Below are positions 1 to 9,806 of a DNA stretch of 61,332 bases, in pieces. Below the pieces are notes generated by a model. The model saw nothing but the letters and a program-made list of their open reading frames with translations. It searched no databases and was not told where the DNA came from. The translations under genes and the position numbers were made by a program. The DNA lies in the NCBI GenBank assembly GCA_035441345.1, contig DAOROE010000001.1, positions 22,815-84,146 on the forward strand, written 5' to 3'. Source of the stretch: Candidatus Nanopelagicaceae bacterium. Lineage in GTDB: Bacteria; Actinomycetota; Actinomycetes; Nanopelagicales; Nanopelagicaceae. Position 1 is the first letter of the stretch; each line of letters opens with the position of its first letter.

Positions 1-1268
1 CGATTCATTTAGCCGAGGATCGTGGTGCTTTTGGAAAAGTACTTGAAGTGACAGGATTGAGGGCACCCCAGTTTGGTACCGCTTTCTCTTATGAGGAAGC
101 GCTAAAGGTTGCGACAAGTATTGGCTATCCCGTACTCGTGCGTCCTTCCTTTGTTCTTGGCGGGAGAGGAATGCAGATTGTTTATGACGACTCTCAACTT
201 TCCGAGTTCATTGAAATCGCGACGCAGATCAATCCTGAGCATCCAGTCCTGATTGATAAGTTTTTAGATGATGCAATCGAGATTGATGTTGATGCTCTTT
301 ATGATGGTGAGGAGCTCTACCTAGCAGGCATTATGGAGCACGTTGAAGAAGCTGGGGTTCACTCAGGAGATTCCGCGTGTGTGATTCCGCCGCAATCGAT
401 TAATAGTTCGAAAATTGCAGAGATTACTGAAGCTACGAAGAAATTAGCCCATGCCATTGGGGTGCGAGGCCTCATCAACATTCAATATGCAATCTCGCAA
501 TCCGAGCTGTATGTATTGGAAGCGAATCCTCGAGCTTCGCGTACCGTGCCATTTGTCAGTAAAGCTACTGGCGTTCAAGTAGCCAAAGCTGCAGCACTGA
601 TTGCTTGTGGAAAATCAATTCACGAATTGAGAGCTTCCGGTTCGCTTCCTAGTTCCTCATCAGGCGCTGCTCGGGGAGTCTCGGTGAAGGAAGCTGTATT
701 GCCGTGGAATAGATTCCGACGCAGAGATGGTCAAGGAGTTGATTCAGTTCTTGGTCCTGAAATGAAATCAACGGGTGAAGTCATGGGACTGGCTGATTCA
801 TTTGGCGCCGCGTTTGCCAAGAGTCAGATTGCTGCTTTTGGACCTCTACCCAAAGAAGGTGCAATTTTTATCTCACTTTCAGATAAGGATAAAGAGGCTT
901 CCTTGAGTGCGGTAAGGGGTTTAAAGGAACTCGGTTTTACTCTTCATGCAACCGCAGGTACGCGTGACTATCTCTCAAAACATGGTGTAGAAACCTTGTT
1001 GGTGGCTAAGCATGCCGAGAAAGAAAAGAATCCTGATGCTTATTCTGCGGTTGATTTAATCGCACAGAATAGGATTTCACTCGTTATTAATACGCCTTTT
1101 GGTCGTGGGGCCCAGAGAGATGGACGGATGATCCGAACTTCGGCAGTGCAACGAGGCATCTCATGTATTACAACTGTCCCAGGATTAAAAGCAGCGGTCG
1201 AAGGCATAAAACAATTGCGTCGAGAAACTTTGACTGCGAAATCGATTCAAGATTGGCATCGAATATGA
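1..1268 (+). CDS. carB: carbamoyl-phosphate synthase large subunit, C-terminal part (5' end outside window)
   Basis: The frame of the 48..1268 ORF stays open back to the window edge (IHLAEDRGAFGKVLEV...). Second ATP-grasp half (LEANPRASRTVPFVSKATG) plus MGS-like allosteric tail. Heads the pyr genes. Confidence 0.93.
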   Translation, partial: IHLAEDRGAFGKVLEVTGLRAPQFGTAFSYEEALKVATSIGYPVLVRPSFVLGGRGMQIVYDDSQLSEFIEIATQINPEHPVLIDKFLDDAIEIDVDALYDGEELYLAGIMEHVEEAGVHSGDSACVIPPQSINSSKIAEITEATKKLAHAIGVRGLINIQYAISQSELYVLEANPRASRTVPFVSKATGVQVAKAAALIACGKSIHELRASGSLPSSSSGAARGVSVKEAVLPWNRFRRRDGQGVDSVLGPEMKSTGEVMGLADSFGAAFAKSQIAAFGPLPKEGAIFISLSDKDKEASLSAVRGLKELGFTLHATAGTRDYLSKHGVETLLVAKHAEKEKNPDAYSAVDLIAQNRISLVINTPFGRGAQRDGRMIRTSAVQRGISCITTVPGLKAAVEGIKQLRRETLTAKSIQDWHRI

Positions 1269-2122
1269 CCGCCATCAATCGCCGGGCGACGCAGAGCGAT
1301 GTTGAGATCATCTCTAATAAGAAAGTTGGCGCTTATCACCATATGGTTTTTGCAGCTGGATCGATGGCGGCGCATGCAAAGCCTGGAAATTTCGTTGCGA
1401 TTTCTGTGGGAGGTCCATCGTCATCCATGATTCTGCGCCGCGCATTTGCAATCTACAGAGCAAGTGATCGCGGACAGTATGGGGGCACTATCGAGTTAGT
1501 AGTTGCTCCGCATGGCCAAGGAAGTCGTTGGCTTACCTCGCTAGATATTCACGATCGGGTGAATATGGTCGGTCCGCTTGGAACTCATTTCGGAATTCCA
1601 ACAGAACCAGTTAGTGCGCTCTTGGTTGGTGGTGGTTACGGTTCTGCGCCGCTCTTTGGTTTGGCAGAAGTTTTGAAAGAGCGCGGTTGCAGGGTCGATA
1701 TGGTTCTTGGAGCTTCGGTCGCGGGCAAGATTTACGCGCCACTAGAAGGAAAACGTTCGGTAAATTCACTCACCATTACTACGGAAGATGGTTCAACTGG
1801 TTTGCAAGGAAAAGTAACCGATGTACTCCCAGGGTTAATTGAAAAAAATAGCACTGAGATTATTTATTCATGCGGGCCTATGGGAATGCTCGCCGCCGTA
1901 GAAGAAGTTTCCCAGAAATTTGGCACCCTTCATCAATGTGCAGTTGAAGAATCGATGGCATGTGGCGTCGGAATATGTATGACCTGCGTGCTCCCGGTGC
2001 GTGATGAATCGGGTGTTATCAAGATGACGCGTTCATGTATCGATGGTCCCGTCATGGATGGCGAGAGAGTCATCTGGAATTCTCATCGAAAGATTCCCGA
2101 AGGCACCTGGGGAGCGTCATGA
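1265..2122 (+). CDS. pyrK: dihydroorotate dehydrogenase (class 1B) electron-transfer subunit
   Basis: The ATG at 1265 overlaps the carB stop (ATGA). Ferredoxin-reductase-like fold with C-terminal 2Fe-2S cysteines (ACGVGICMTCV...SC). The track start at 1163 lies inside carB and is rejected. Confidence 0.85.
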   Translation: MTAINRRATQSDVEIISNKKVGAYHHMVFAAGSMAAHAKPGNFVAISVGGPSSSMILRRAFAIYRASDRGQYGGTIELVVAPHGQGSRWLTSLDIHDRVNMVGPLGTHFGIPTEPVSALLVGGGYGSAPLFGLAEVLKERGCRVDMVLGASVAGKIYAPLEGKRSVNSLTITTEDGSTGLQGKVTDVLPGLIEKNSTEIIYSCGPMGMLAAVEEVSQKFGTLHQCAVEESMACGVGICMTCVLPVRDESGVIKMTRSCIDGPVMDGERVIWNSHRKIPEGTWGAS

Positions 2123-3060
2123 GCCACGATTTCCAATCCTTTGACTTCCGCTGCAAGTTTGGCGCTAAATACTTTCCATATCCCATCTTTACCGCAAGTG
2201 GTTGCGCTAGTTCTGGTAAGGAACTTTCACAGTTCTTCCCTTTAAATGAAATTGGCGCAGTTGTAACCAAATCTATTGCCCTTAAACCCCGTTCAGGTCG
2301 AGCTACTCCACGAATGGCGGAAACTCCAAGTGGGATGCTCAATTCAATCGGACTTCAAGGACCAGGAATCGATCAATTCCTCGATGACGACATACCCTGG
2401 TTGCTTTCGCATAACTCTCGAGTTGTTGTCTCCATATCTGGTGAAACGGTAGAGGAATATGCATCGTTAGCTCGACGGCTCCGCGTCGTGCCGGGATTGA
2501 GTGGTATTGAAGTCAATATTTCCTGTCCTAATGTGGAAAATCGCGGCATGGTCTTTGCATGTGATCCGGTTGCTTCTCGCGCAGTAGTAGAGGCGGTTCG
2601 ACGCAATATAGGTGGAGAACTTCCCATTATCGTGAAACTTTCCCCTGACGTCACTGACATCGTTGCTATTGCAGGCGAAGTGATTTCAGCTGGTGCCGAT
2701 GGCTTAGCGCTGATTAACACTCTTCTCGGAATGGCGATTGATATCGATGCGCAACGTCCCAAGCTTGCAGGAAAAACTGGAGGTCTCTCAGGTCCCGCAA
2801 TCCGACCTGTAGCAGTGCGCGCTATTTATCAGGTCCATGCTGCATTTAAAAACACACCCATTCTTGGAATGGGGGGAGTCACAAACGGTCGCGACGCTCT
2901 TGAACTCATTATGGCTGGAGCGAGCGCCGTTTCAATTGGAACGGCGAACTTTGGAAATCCGTCAGCTCCAATCAAGGTGAAAGAGGAACTGGAAGTCCTA
3001 CTCAAGGAACGTGGCTTTAACTCCGTCAAGGATGCTGTTGGAGTAGCACATGAAAAGTAA
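2119..3060 (+). CDS. pyrD: dihydroorotate dehydrogenase class 1B catalytic subunit
   Basis: ATGA overlap with the pyrK stop. TIM-barrel DHOD motifs with the class-1 active-site Cys in EVNISCPN (Cys codon 2524-2526). GGVTNGRDALE FMN-binding tail. Confidence 0.9.
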   Translation: MSHDFQSFDFRCKFGAKYFPYPIFTASGCASSGKELSQFFPLNEIGAVVTKSIALKPRSGRATPRMAETPSGMLNSIGLQGPGIDQFLDDDIPWLLSHNSRVVVSISGETVEEYASLARRLRVVPGLSGIEVNISCPNVENRGMVFACDPVASRAVVEAVRRNIGGELPIIVKLSPDVTDIVAIAGEVISAGADGLALINTLLGMAIDIDAQRPKLAGKTGGLSGPAIRPVAVRAIYQVHAAFKNTPILGMGGVTNGRDALELIMAGASAVSIGTANFGNPSAPIKVKEELEVLLKERGFNSVKDAVGVAHEK

Positions 3061-3739
3061 CGCTCCGATAATTCTGGCTCTTGATTTTCCAGATATACAG
3101 AGCACGCTAGAAATGATTGAGAGAACTTCACAGGTGATTTCAATCTACAAGTTAGGACTTGAGTTCTACTTGGCACAGGGAAAGAACGGTGTTGCGCAAA
3201 TAATGAGTTCTTTTCCTGATATCGATATCTTCCTTGATCTCAAACTTCACGATATTCCAAATACTGTAGCGGGAGCTTGTTCAAGCGTTGCCGCATTGAA
3301 ACCACGATTTCTTACCGTTCACGCTTCCGGTGGTGCTGAAATGGTGAGCGCCGCTGTTGGTGCATCACCGGGAACCTCAATCACAGCAGTAACGGTGCTG
3401 ACGTCTCTCGATACAGAAGAACTCAACAGACTTGGATTACCTCAGCAAACTCAAGCTCTCGCTCTTTCTATGGCAAAGCGAGCCGTGGAGGCAGGAGCAA
3501 CATCAATAGTCTGTTCGCCACACGAGGTTGGTCTGCTACGTAAAGAATTGTCGAGCAATATCGCACTCATCACTCCAGGCGTTCGTCCGAAGGGCGCTTC
3601 ACATGACGACCAGGTTCGCGTGATGACGCCACGTGAGGCAATGGATGCAGGTTCCAACTACGTTGTGATCGGACGCCCGATAACAAAAGCGCCAGAACCC
3701 GGTATAGCTGCCGCTGAAATTGCTTCCTCACTTGAATAA
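3050..3739 (+). CDS. pyrF: orotidine 5'-phosphate decarboxylase
   Basis: ILALDFP... and DLKLHDIPNTV motifs. Position after pyrD. Confidence 0.9.
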   Translation: MKSNAPIILALDFPDIQSTLEMIERTSQVISIYKLGLEFYLAQGKNGVAQIMSSFPDIDIFLDLKLHDIPNTVAGACSSVAALKPRFLTVHASGGAEMVSAAVGASPGTSITAVTVLTSLDTEELNRLGLPQQTQALALSMAKRAVEAGATSIVCSPHEVGLLRKELSSNIALITPGVRPKGASHDDQVRVMTPREAMDAGSNYVVIGRPITKAPEPGIAAAEIASSLE

Positions 3740-3768
3740 TCCAGTTAAGAACCTCGTCGATAACTTGG

Positions 3769-3774
3769 TTTAAT
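3769..3774 (+). promoter_or_regulatory. -10-like hexamer TTTAAT, 6 nt before the mihF ATG (leaderless-type promoter)
   Basis: TTTAAT-tgcgcc-ATG. No Shine-Dalgarno sequence. Confidence 0.45.
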
Positions 3775-3780
3775 TGCGCC

Positions 3781-4101
3781 ATGGGAGCGCCTCCACAACT
3801 CACTCTTGAAGAGCGTCGAGCTGCGTTAGCAAAGGCGGCGCAATCCCGAAAAACACGGGCTCTCTTTAAATCCGAAGTAAAGAGTGGAAACAGACATTGG
3901 TTGGACGCTTTTAAAAGCAATGATGAGGCCATCAAGAAAATGAGAGTTAAAGAACTTCTAGAGTCACTTCCAGGTTTTGGTGAGATCCGAGCGATGAACA
4001 TTCTCGAAAGAGCTGGAATATCAGTTTCACGAAGGGTGCAAGGTGTGGGGCGTAGTCAATATGAAACTTTGCTCCGCCTTTTGAAGGAAGTAGATAGATG
4101 A
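3781..4101 (+). CDS. mihF: integration host factor, actinobacterial type
   Basis: About 105 aa. The LTLEERRAALAKAAQSRKTRA... N-terminus is typical of MihF. Conserved position before gmk-rpoZ. Confidence 0.8.
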   Translation: MGAPPQLTLEERRAALAKAAQSRKTRALFKSEVKSGNRHWLDAFKSNDEAIKKMRVKELLESLPGFGEIRAMNILERAGISVSRRVQGVGRSQYETLLRLLKEVDR

Positions 4102-4646
4102 AACGTGGAAAGCTAATTGTGCTATCTGGTCCTGGTGGAGTCGGTAAAAGTACGATTGTTCAAGAACTTAAGAAACGAGATCATTTCTATTTTTCAGTTT
4201 CTGCTACTACACGTGAACCCAGGCCTGGAGAAGTTGATGGCGAGGCCTATCATTTTGTAACACCGTCTGAATTTCAAAAGATGATTGATGCAAGGCATTT
4301 TCTTGAGTGGGCAGATTTCGCAGGAGCCAGATACGGGACACCGCGTCAACCAGTTCTTGATGCATTAACCAGTGGCAAAGATGTATTGCTTGAGATTGAG
4401 ATTGAAGGTGCACGGCAAGTGAAGCAATCTATGCCTGAAGCAATGATGGTTTTCTTGCAACCACCATCCATGACTGAGCTTGAGCAACGTATTACGAATC
4501 GTGGAACGGATACACCCGAACGGATAGCGGCTCGATTAGCCCTGGCAAGGGCTGAGATGGCTGCTGCAGGGGAATTCGACCATATCCTCACTAATCATCG
4601 GGTCGATGAAGTAATTCAATCGCTGGTATCCTTGGCGACCTCATAA
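4098..4646 (+). CDS. gmk: guanylate kinase
   Basis: ATGA overlap with mihF. P-loop GPGGVGKST and the SATTREPRPGEVDGEAYHF motif. Confidence 0.93.
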   Translation: MKRGKLIVLSGPGGVGKSTIVQELKKRDHFYFSVSATTREPRPGEVDGEAYHFVTPSEFQKMIDARHFLEWADFAGARYGTPRQPVLDALTSGKDVLLEIEIEGARQVKQSMPEAMMVFLQPPSMTELEQRITNRGTDTPERIAARLALARAEMAAAGEFDHILTNHRVDEVIQSLVSLATS

Positions 4647-4676
4647 CCTATAGAAATCACCTTAAAAGGAGTCACT

Positions 4677-4934
4677 GTGGCATCGCTCGATGGAATCACT
4701 AATCCTCCAATCGACGAACTGCTCGATAAGAGCGGTTCGAAGTACTCACTTGTTCTGTATGCTGCAAAACGCGCGCGTCAGATCAACGCGTATTACTCCC
4801 AGCTCGGTGAAGGTTTGTTGGAGTATGTCGGTCCACTTGTCGAAACCCATGTTCATGAGAAGCCGCTATCTATCGCTATGCGCGAGATTAACGATGGCTT
4901 ACTCACGATAGAGAATCTCGAACCGCAAAACTAA
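4677..4934 (+). CDS. rpoZ: DNA-directed RNA polymerase subunit omega
   Basis: GTG start preceded by [27 protein letters not shown] is the omega signature. Confidence 0.9.
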   Translation: MASLDGITNPPIDELLDKSGSKYSLVLYAAKRARQINAYYSQLGEGLLEYVGPLVETHVHEKPLSIAMREINDGLLTIENLEPQN

Positions 4935-4942
4935 CTGCAGCT

Positions 4943-6163
4943 ATGGCTGGCGCTCCCATCACATTCCCTCGCGGCCGTGAGTTGATTCTCGGCGTCAGCG
5001 CTGGAATTGCCGCCTATAAATCCTGCGATCTTTTGCGTCGCCTCCAGGACCATGGATTTCTGGTTACCGTCATACCTACCGAATCAAGCTTGAACTTTGT
5101 TGGCAAAGCTACGTGGGAGGCGCTCTCAGGTCGGCCAGTTTCAACATCGGTGTGGGAGAACATTGATTCTGTCTCTCACGTTTCACTCGGCGATAAAGCC
5201 GATTTTCTTCTCATCGCCCCAGCAACAGCTGATGTAATTGCACGGATCGCGCAAGGACGAGCGGATGATCTGCTCTCAACTACTGTGTTAGCGACAACGG
5301 CTCCGATTCTTATCGTTCCCGCTATGCATCCAAAGATGTGGCTCAATCAAGCTACTCAAGAGAATGTCAACATACTCCGTGCGCGCGGAATTACGGTGAT
5401 GGAGCCAGATGTTGGAAGGTTGACCGGAAAAGATTCAGGAATAGGCCGCTTTCCGGAAACTAAGACCATTATTGATCAGGTTTCGCAGATCTCGGGAAGA
5501 CACGCATTTCTGGCCGGTAAGAAAATTCTTGTAACGGCAGGTGGAACGCGTGAAGCGATTGATCCAGTTCGATTCATCGGGAATCACTCAAGTGGCCGGC
5601 AAGGATTAGCCATTGCGTACGAAGCACTTAAGGCTGGTGCTGAAGTTACCGTGATTGCTGGCGCAACTGATCCTTTTCATCTAGAGGGAGCTAACCTCAT
5701 TGAAGTTGAGAGTGCTCAGGAGATGAAACAAGCGGTAGAAGCAGAGTTCGTTCGCTCAGATGCCCTCATCATGGCGGCAGCTGTAGCTGATGCGCGCCCA
5801 CATTATGTTTCAAACGAGAAGATAAAGAAGAATGATCTGCTAGAGATCGCGCTCGAAAAGAACGAAGACATACTCGCATCGATTTCTTCGGTTAAGGGTA
5901 AGCATCAAGTACTTGTTGGATTTGCAGCTGAAACCTCAGATAACGCAATCTCGCTGGCCGAGAAGAAAATGCATGCGAAAGGCGCTGATTTTCTCTATGT
6001 GAATAATGTTTCTGGGGGAGCTGTTTTCGGTTCTGAGGAAACTTCTGGAATCCTCTTGGGACTTGATATCGCTCCGCGCGAATTTAGCAACGTGAGTAAG
6101 TTTGTAGTTGCCGAAGAAATCGTCAAAGAGGTTGGGCAAAGATTGGAGCGAATCCATGGCTAG
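4943..6163 (+). CDS. coaBC: bifunctional phosphopantothenoylcysteine decarboxylase / phosphopantothenate-cysteine ligase
   Basis: N-terminal flavoprotein domain ([11 protein letters not shown]) and C-terminal CoaB domain ([10 protein letters not shown]-like GNHSSGRQG). Confidence 0.92.
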   Translation: MAGAPITFPRGRELILGVSAGIAAYKSCDLLRRLQDHGFLVTVIPTESSLNFVGKATWEALSGRPVSTSVWENIDSVSHVSLGDKADFLLIAPATADVIARIAQGRADDLLSTTVLATTAPILIVPAMHPKMWLNQATQENVNILRARGITVMEPDVGRLTGKDSGIGRFPETKTIIDQVSQISGRHAFLAGKKILVTAGGTREAIDPVRFIGNHSSGRQGLAIAYEALKAGAEVTVIAGATDPFHLEGANLIEVESAQEMKQAVEAEFVRSDALIMAAAVADARPHYVSNEKIKKNDLLEIALEKNEDILASISSVKGKHQVLVGFAAETSDNAISLAEKKMHAKGADFLYVNNVSGGAVFGSEETSGILLGLDIAPREFSNVSKFVVAEEIVKEVGQRLERIHG

Positions 6164-7349
6164 ACGTCTTTTTACCTCCGAGTCTGTGACCGAAGGACAC
6201 CCTGACAAGATTGCCGACGCGATTTCAGATGCAGTGCTTGATTCTCTTCTCACCCAAGATGCGAAGAGCCGTGTGGCCTGTGAGACGCTTATTACAACGG
6301 GCCAAGTACATGTTGCTGGCGAGGTAACTACGGATGGTTATGCGGATGTTAATGGACTTGTTCGCGAGACCGTTCTCAACATTGGTTATGACAGCTCAGA
6401 TAAAGGCTTCGATGGAAATAGTTGTGGAGTTTCAATCTCCATAGGGCAGCAATCTCAGGATATTGCTGTCGGTGTCGACCACGCGGTTGAAGAGCGTCTC
6501 TCTAAATCTACTGATCCACTTGATCTACAAGGCGCTGGAGATCAGGGTTTGATGTTTGGTTACGCAACACGAGATACGAAGGAGTTAATGCCACTGCCGA
6601 TTGCGATGGCGCACCGTTTAGCAGAGGAACTCACTCGGCAACGCAAAAATGGAACTCTTGCCTATCTCCGTCCCGATGGCAAGACTCAAGTCACCATTGA
6701 GTATGACGGTGATAAGCCGATAGCACTGGACACAGTAGTTATCTCCTCTCAGCATGCTCCTGACGTAGATCTGGAAAAGACCCTCGCTCCTGAAATTAAA
6801 AGACACGTTATCGATCCTGTGATCTCATCATTTAATCTTTCGTCAACAAATGTGCGAGTGCTTGTGAATCCGACCGGACGATTCGTTATAGGCGGACCGA
6901 TGGGTGATGCGGGATTGACGGGTAGAAAGATCATCGTGGACACCTATGGTGGAATGGCTCGCCACGGAGGTGGCGCATTCAGCGGGAAAGATCCATCTAA
7001 AGTTGATCGTTCAGCTGCATATGCCATGCGATGGGTTGCAAAGAATGTTGTCGCGGCAGGTCTTGCAGATCGCTGCGAAGTTCAAGTTGCTTACGCAATT
7101 GGAAAAGCTCAACCAGTTGGGCTTTTTGTAGAGACATTTGGAACCGAAAAAGTTCCAGTCTCTCAGATTTCTGATGCAGTCTTAAAAGTTTTCGATTTGA
7201 GGCCAGCAGCAATTATTCGAGACCTCAATCTTCTGCGCCCCATTTATTCGAAGACTAGCGCGTATGGGCATTTTGGACGGGAGCTTCCCGAATTCACTTG
7301 GGAGAAGACCGATCGTGCTGAATTGCTAGCGAACGCCGTCAAAGGTTAA
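6156..7349 (+). CDS. metK: S-adenosylmethionine synthetase
   Basis: [26 protein letters not shown]-terminus and the [10 protein letters not shown] and GGGAFSGKD motifs. The start at 6156 overlaps the coaBC end by 8 nt. The track start at 6108 is rejected. Confidence 0.93.
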   Translation: MARRLFTSESVTEGHPDKIADAISDAVLDSLLTQDAKSRVACETLITTGQVHVAGEVTTDGYADVNGLVRETVLNIGYDSSDKGFDGNSCGVSISIGQQSQDIAVGVDHAVEERLSKSTDPLDLQGAGDQGLMFGYATRDTKELMPLPIAMAHRLAEELTRQRKNGTLAYLRPDGKTQVTIEYDGDKPIALDTVVISSQHAPDVDLEKTLAPEIKRHVIDPVISSFNLSSTNVRVLVNPTGRFVIGGPMGDAGLTGRKIIVDTYGGMARHGGGAFSGKDPSKVDRSAAYAMRWVAKNVVAAGLADRCEVQVAYAIGKAQPVGLFVETFGTEKVPVSQISDAVLKVFDLRPAAIIRDLNLLRPIYSKTSAYGHFGRELPEFTWEKTDRAELLANAVKG

Positions 7350-7356
7350 GAAACAA

Positions 7357-9207
7357 GTGGCGACAGAGAAGCCACTCTCGCTGCGCCGTCAAAAAGGCGT
7401 TTATCAATCGAGTCGTTCAAGCAGTAGTAACAAACCAGCTAAACAGGCTGAAATCTTCGTCGATAATGGAGTCTTCCATCTAGATGAAACTTATTCATAC
7501 TCCATCAGCGAAGAACTAGAAAGTGCGGTGCGAAGCGGGTCAGTTGTATGGGTTCCTTTTAACAACAAAAAAGTACTAGGAATAGTCAAAGCGATTGGGA
7601 ATTCAACTAGAACTGGCTTGAAATATGTTGACTCTGTCGCGATGACTTTGGGCTTTTCGCCGACACTTCTAGAGCTCGCTGAAAGGTTATCTCAGCGCTA
7701 TGTAACTTCACGGTTTGATCTTTTTAGATTCATGCTCCCCCCATTACTCAAACGCTCAACTGAGGTTGCAGTCCACGCTCCAGAAATCCCTACCTTAGGA
7801 AAAACTGTTTCGCCTCATCGCATATATGTGCAGTGTGAGATTGGGGAAAGAAATCTGGAAACGGTCGCTCATTCGCTCTTAAAGGATCCATCTAGGAGGC
7901 GATTAGTTGTATTGCCAACTCTGCGAGATGTGATCACTTTGCGGGAAATATTGGAGAAATCTGGAGTTACAGGGGTAGTCGAGTTTGGTTCGCATTTAAC
8001 ACCACGCGAGAGGCGTGAAGCGTTTCTTCTAGCTTCACAAGGAGATGCAACTGTTGTCGTGGGGACAAGGAGTGCAATCTTCGCACCAGTGCACGGATTG
8101 CAAGAAATCGTTGTTGTCGATGAATACTCATCCCACCATTACGAGATTAAGTCTCCATTTTGGAATACGCGTGATGTCGCGATTTTACGTTCTGAAATTG
8201 AAGGAGTCTCGCTGGTCTTTGTAGGCAATTCTGCCTCGCTCGAATTACTCCGACTCGTTGAATCAGGATGGATTAAAACAAAGAATCGAACACCCCTCCT
8301 TTCTCGCCCTAGGAGACGATTAATTGTCACCTCTCCAGATTCGTACCATTCGGTGATCAGGGATGGTCTCAAGAGGGGACCGGTGCTTCTCAGCGTTGTT
8401 GATAAGCACTATTCCAATGTCTTTAATTGTGAACGTTGTAGAACAGTTGCACGTTGTGATTGCGGTGGGCGAGTAATTATCGAGAGCAAAAATGTCTTCG
8501 CTTGCTCACTCTGCGACAAAAACGAGCGTGCATGGCGATGCCGCGAATGTGGTGAATCAAGAATCAGAACATTTAGGTTTGGTGCAGAGAGAATCACTGA
8601 GGATATCGGCAAAAGTTTTCCAGGGATTCCTATTTTCTTAAACACGGCAGACAAGTTAATTGAAGGCGATTTACCCGGAAGGTCAATTGTGGTGTCAACT
8701 TTCGGAGTAGAGCCGCTCCACCCTCAAGGTTATGGTGCGATTGTTTTGCTTGGTGGAGAGGAGCTGGTCAATCGTCCTTTGATTCGCTCAGAGGAGGAAA
8801 CTCTTCATCGCTGGTTCAAAATTCTTTCGTATCTACATAAAGAGGGTGCGGTTTTCATCTCGCTTCCCAGCCAACATGGAATTGCACAAGCCATCATTCA
8901 ACAAAAGCCTACAAAGTTCCTTAACAGTGATTTAGTGGAGCGTTCAAAAGCACTGCTGCCACCACACTCAAGGTTGATCACAATTTCTAGTGATTCCCTG
9001 ACAATCGTGAGTTTGAGACAAAAGCTTGAGTCTGAGTTTTCAGGGAAGTTGACATCACATATTTCTACCAATGGTGGGACGATGACTCTCAAAGTTGATC
9101 ACAGATCTTCTAATGAAATCCTTGTCGCGCTACGCGCCTTGCAAAAACTACGTTCTATTAAGAACAAGAAACTGCTCTCTATCCACGTAGATCCGTATGA
9201 GATTTAG
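7357..9207 (+). CDS. priA: primosomal protein N' (PriA), with degenerate ATPase motifs
   Basis: Colinear with PriA, including the Cys-rich Zn module (CERCRTVARCDCGG...CSLC...CRECG). The Walker-A position reads CEIGERNLETV and the DEEH position reads DEYS. Confidence 0.8.
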   Translation: MATEKPLSLRRQKGVYQSSRSSSSNKPAKQAEIFVDNGVFHLDETYSYSISEELESAVRSGSVVWVPFNNKKVLGIVKAIGNSTRTGLKYVDSVAMTLGFSPTLLELAERLSQRYVTSRFDLFRFMLPPLLKRSTEVAVHAPEIPTLGKTVSPHRIYVQCEIGERNLETVAHSLLKDPSRRRLVVLPTLRDVITLREILEKSGVTGVVEFGSHLTPRERREAFLLASQGDATVVVGTRSAIFAPVHGLQEIVVVDEYSSHHYEIKSPFWNTRDVAILRSEIEGVSLVFVGNSASLELLRLVESGWIKTKNRTPLLSRPRRRLIVTSPDSYHSVIRDGLKRGPVLLSVVDKHYSNVFNCERCRTVARCDCGGRVIIESKNVFACSLCDKNERAWRCRECGESRIRTFRFGAERITEDIGKSFPGIPIFLNTADKLIEGDLPGRSIVVSTFGVEPLHPQGYGAIVLLGGEELVNRPLIRSEEETLHRWFKILSYLHKEGAVFISLPSQHGIAQAIIQQKPTKFLNSDLVERSKALLPPHSRLITISSDSLTIVSLRQKLESEFSGKLTSHISTNGGTMTLKVDHRSSNEILVALRALQKLRSIKNKKLLSIHVDPYEI

Positions 9208-9224
9208 TCGGTTACAATGGGGCA

Positions 9225-9785
9225 ATGGCTATACAACCGATTAGGTATTTTGGTGATCCAGTCCTCACTACACCTGCGGTAGAAGTAAAGGATTTTGACA
9301 AGGAGCTCCGCAATCTCGTCCGAGACCTCACCGAAACGATGATTGATGCCCCGGGCGCGGGTTTAGCTGCTCCACAGATCGGAGTCCCACTCCGCGTCTT
9401 TGTTTGGCATGTTGATGATGAGTTCGGACATCTAGTTAATCCAACGCTAGACCTGAGCGAAGAGATGCAAGATGGTGAGGAAGGATGTTTATCTTTCCCT
9501 GAACTAACATATGAAACACCTCGCGCGATGCGAGCAGTGGCAAAGGGTTGGAATATGCATGGTGAACCCCTTGTTGTTGAGGGGACTGAGTTCCTAGCAC
9601 GAGCGCTGCAGCATGAGACTGATCACCTCAATGGAGTGCTATTCATTGATCGATTGCCCACTGAATTGAGAAAACAAGCCATGAAGGATATCCGCGAGGC
9701 GGAATGGTTTATGCAAGCAGAAGCAGATGGAAATTCTTTAGAGATAAAGGTCTCTCCGCATTCCATGTTTGGACGTAATCTGTAG
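9225..9785 (+). CDS. def: peptide deformylase
   Basis: GAGLAAPQIG, EGCLSFP and HETDHLNG motifs. Confidence 0.93.
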   Translation: MAIQPIRYFGDPVLTTPAVEVKDFDKELRNLVRDLTETMIDAPGAGLAAPQIGVPLRVFVWHVDDEFGHLVNPTLDLSEEMQDGEEGCLSFPELTYETPRAMRAVAKGWNMHGEPLVVEGTEFLARALQHETDHLNGVLFIDRLPTELRKQAMKDIREAEWFMQAEADGNSLEIKVSPHSMFGRNL

Positions 9786-9806
9786 ATGAAAGAAGGCTTT
9801 TAGGAT

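Noticed and set aside
1163-1264. N-terminal extensions in the ORF track: pyrK 1163, pyrD 2035, metK 6108, AKR 22801, DUF3090 23446, SCO1664-family gene 23885, HAD 30263, tatA 34403, gcvP 44039, garA 46650, cmk-der 49802, tyrA 50959, scpA 53789.
   Set aside because: The extensions overlap the preceding gene and carry no conserved sequence. Downstream starts give ATGA coupling, a Shine-Dalgarno sequence or a TANNNT leaderless signal, and N-termini that match the families.
6467-6474. A second exact TGTCGGTG (RDRM upstream box).
   Set aside because: It lies inside metK (codons AVGV), and the sequence 8 nt downstream (GCGGTT) is not a -10. It is a chance occurrence.
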